DNA of 62,993 nt, filler included, from Octopus bimaculoides (Eukaryota): assembly GCF_001194135.2 (NCBI RefSeq). It is 4 parts of 3 records of this genome, joined end to end, with 100 filler letters (N's around TTAATTAATTAA, not from the genome) between each part and the next. Parts side by side here need not be neighbours in the genome. Positions count along the whole stretch, not along the records: positions 52,859 to 62,993 come from NC_068981.1; 3 more parts are not named here. The stretch is one strand, 5' to 3'. Numbering within the stretch: position 1 is the stretch's first letter; each line of letters opens with the position of its first letter. This document shows positions 62,909 through 62,993 of this stretch, piece after piece. The notes below the pieces were generated by a model that saw only the letters and a program-made list of their open reading frames with translations, was not told where the DNA came from and did no database searches. Both the position numbers and the translations under genes were made by a program.

Positions 62909-62993
62909 TACTAGCAGTATAACCCGACCTTGTCCGGGTGTGACTTATTATGCCATCTACGATAAGTCTTGCTAGCTGAAAATCAACTAGAAA
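62909..62993 (+). mobile_element. Probable terminus of a Helitron/Helentron-like element, running off the window
   Basis: ATACTAGCAGTATA followed by the hairpin ACCCGAC-CTT-GTCCGGGT, an ACTAG..CCCG..CGGG pattern typical of non-autonomous Helitron-like ends. Confidence 0.4.

Noticed and set aside
1-62993. CRISPR arrays, rRNA genes or prokaryotic systems
   Set aside because: No repeat-spacer arrays, rRNA-like sequence or operon-like gene density; the window is eukaryotic.

Overview
AT-rich, repeat-dominated eukaryotic DNA with many microsatellites and scaffold gaps. The SINE/LINE repertoire suggests an octopus (cephalopod) genome; this is inferred from repeat families, not from a search. Host genes: (1) a single-coding-exon, 609-aa protein with two cyclic-nucleotide-binding domains (CNBD2-like, 2898-4727 +); (2) a minus-strand MADF/BESS-type gene, with two exons (11335-11522, 8767-9318) rebuilt from splice sites and its 5' exon(s) not found; (3) one EF-hand exon (52954-53084 +). 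Most other ORF-track entries are microsatellite, gap or TE artefacts. Mobile DNA: a decayed ~2.9 kb RTE LINE plus many 5'-truncated 3' ends, RTE-BovB-like and R4/Dong-like relics, two copies of a Tc1 family, a DD37D/maT-like element, a mariner HTH relic, hAT-like MITEs with a nested TIR element, several tRNA-headed SINE families and a probable Helitron-like end. The most notable signal is six sequence-unrelated loci carrying minimal type-I hammerhead ribozyme motifs of the kind known from Penelope-like elements; five of them sit in fold-back (inverted-repeat) elements. One has an intact catalytic core (27831-27875), one carries the compensatory U3-A8 core variant in both arms (54870-55173), and the others are decayed. 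All structures were read by eye; no folding, alignment or database search was run.
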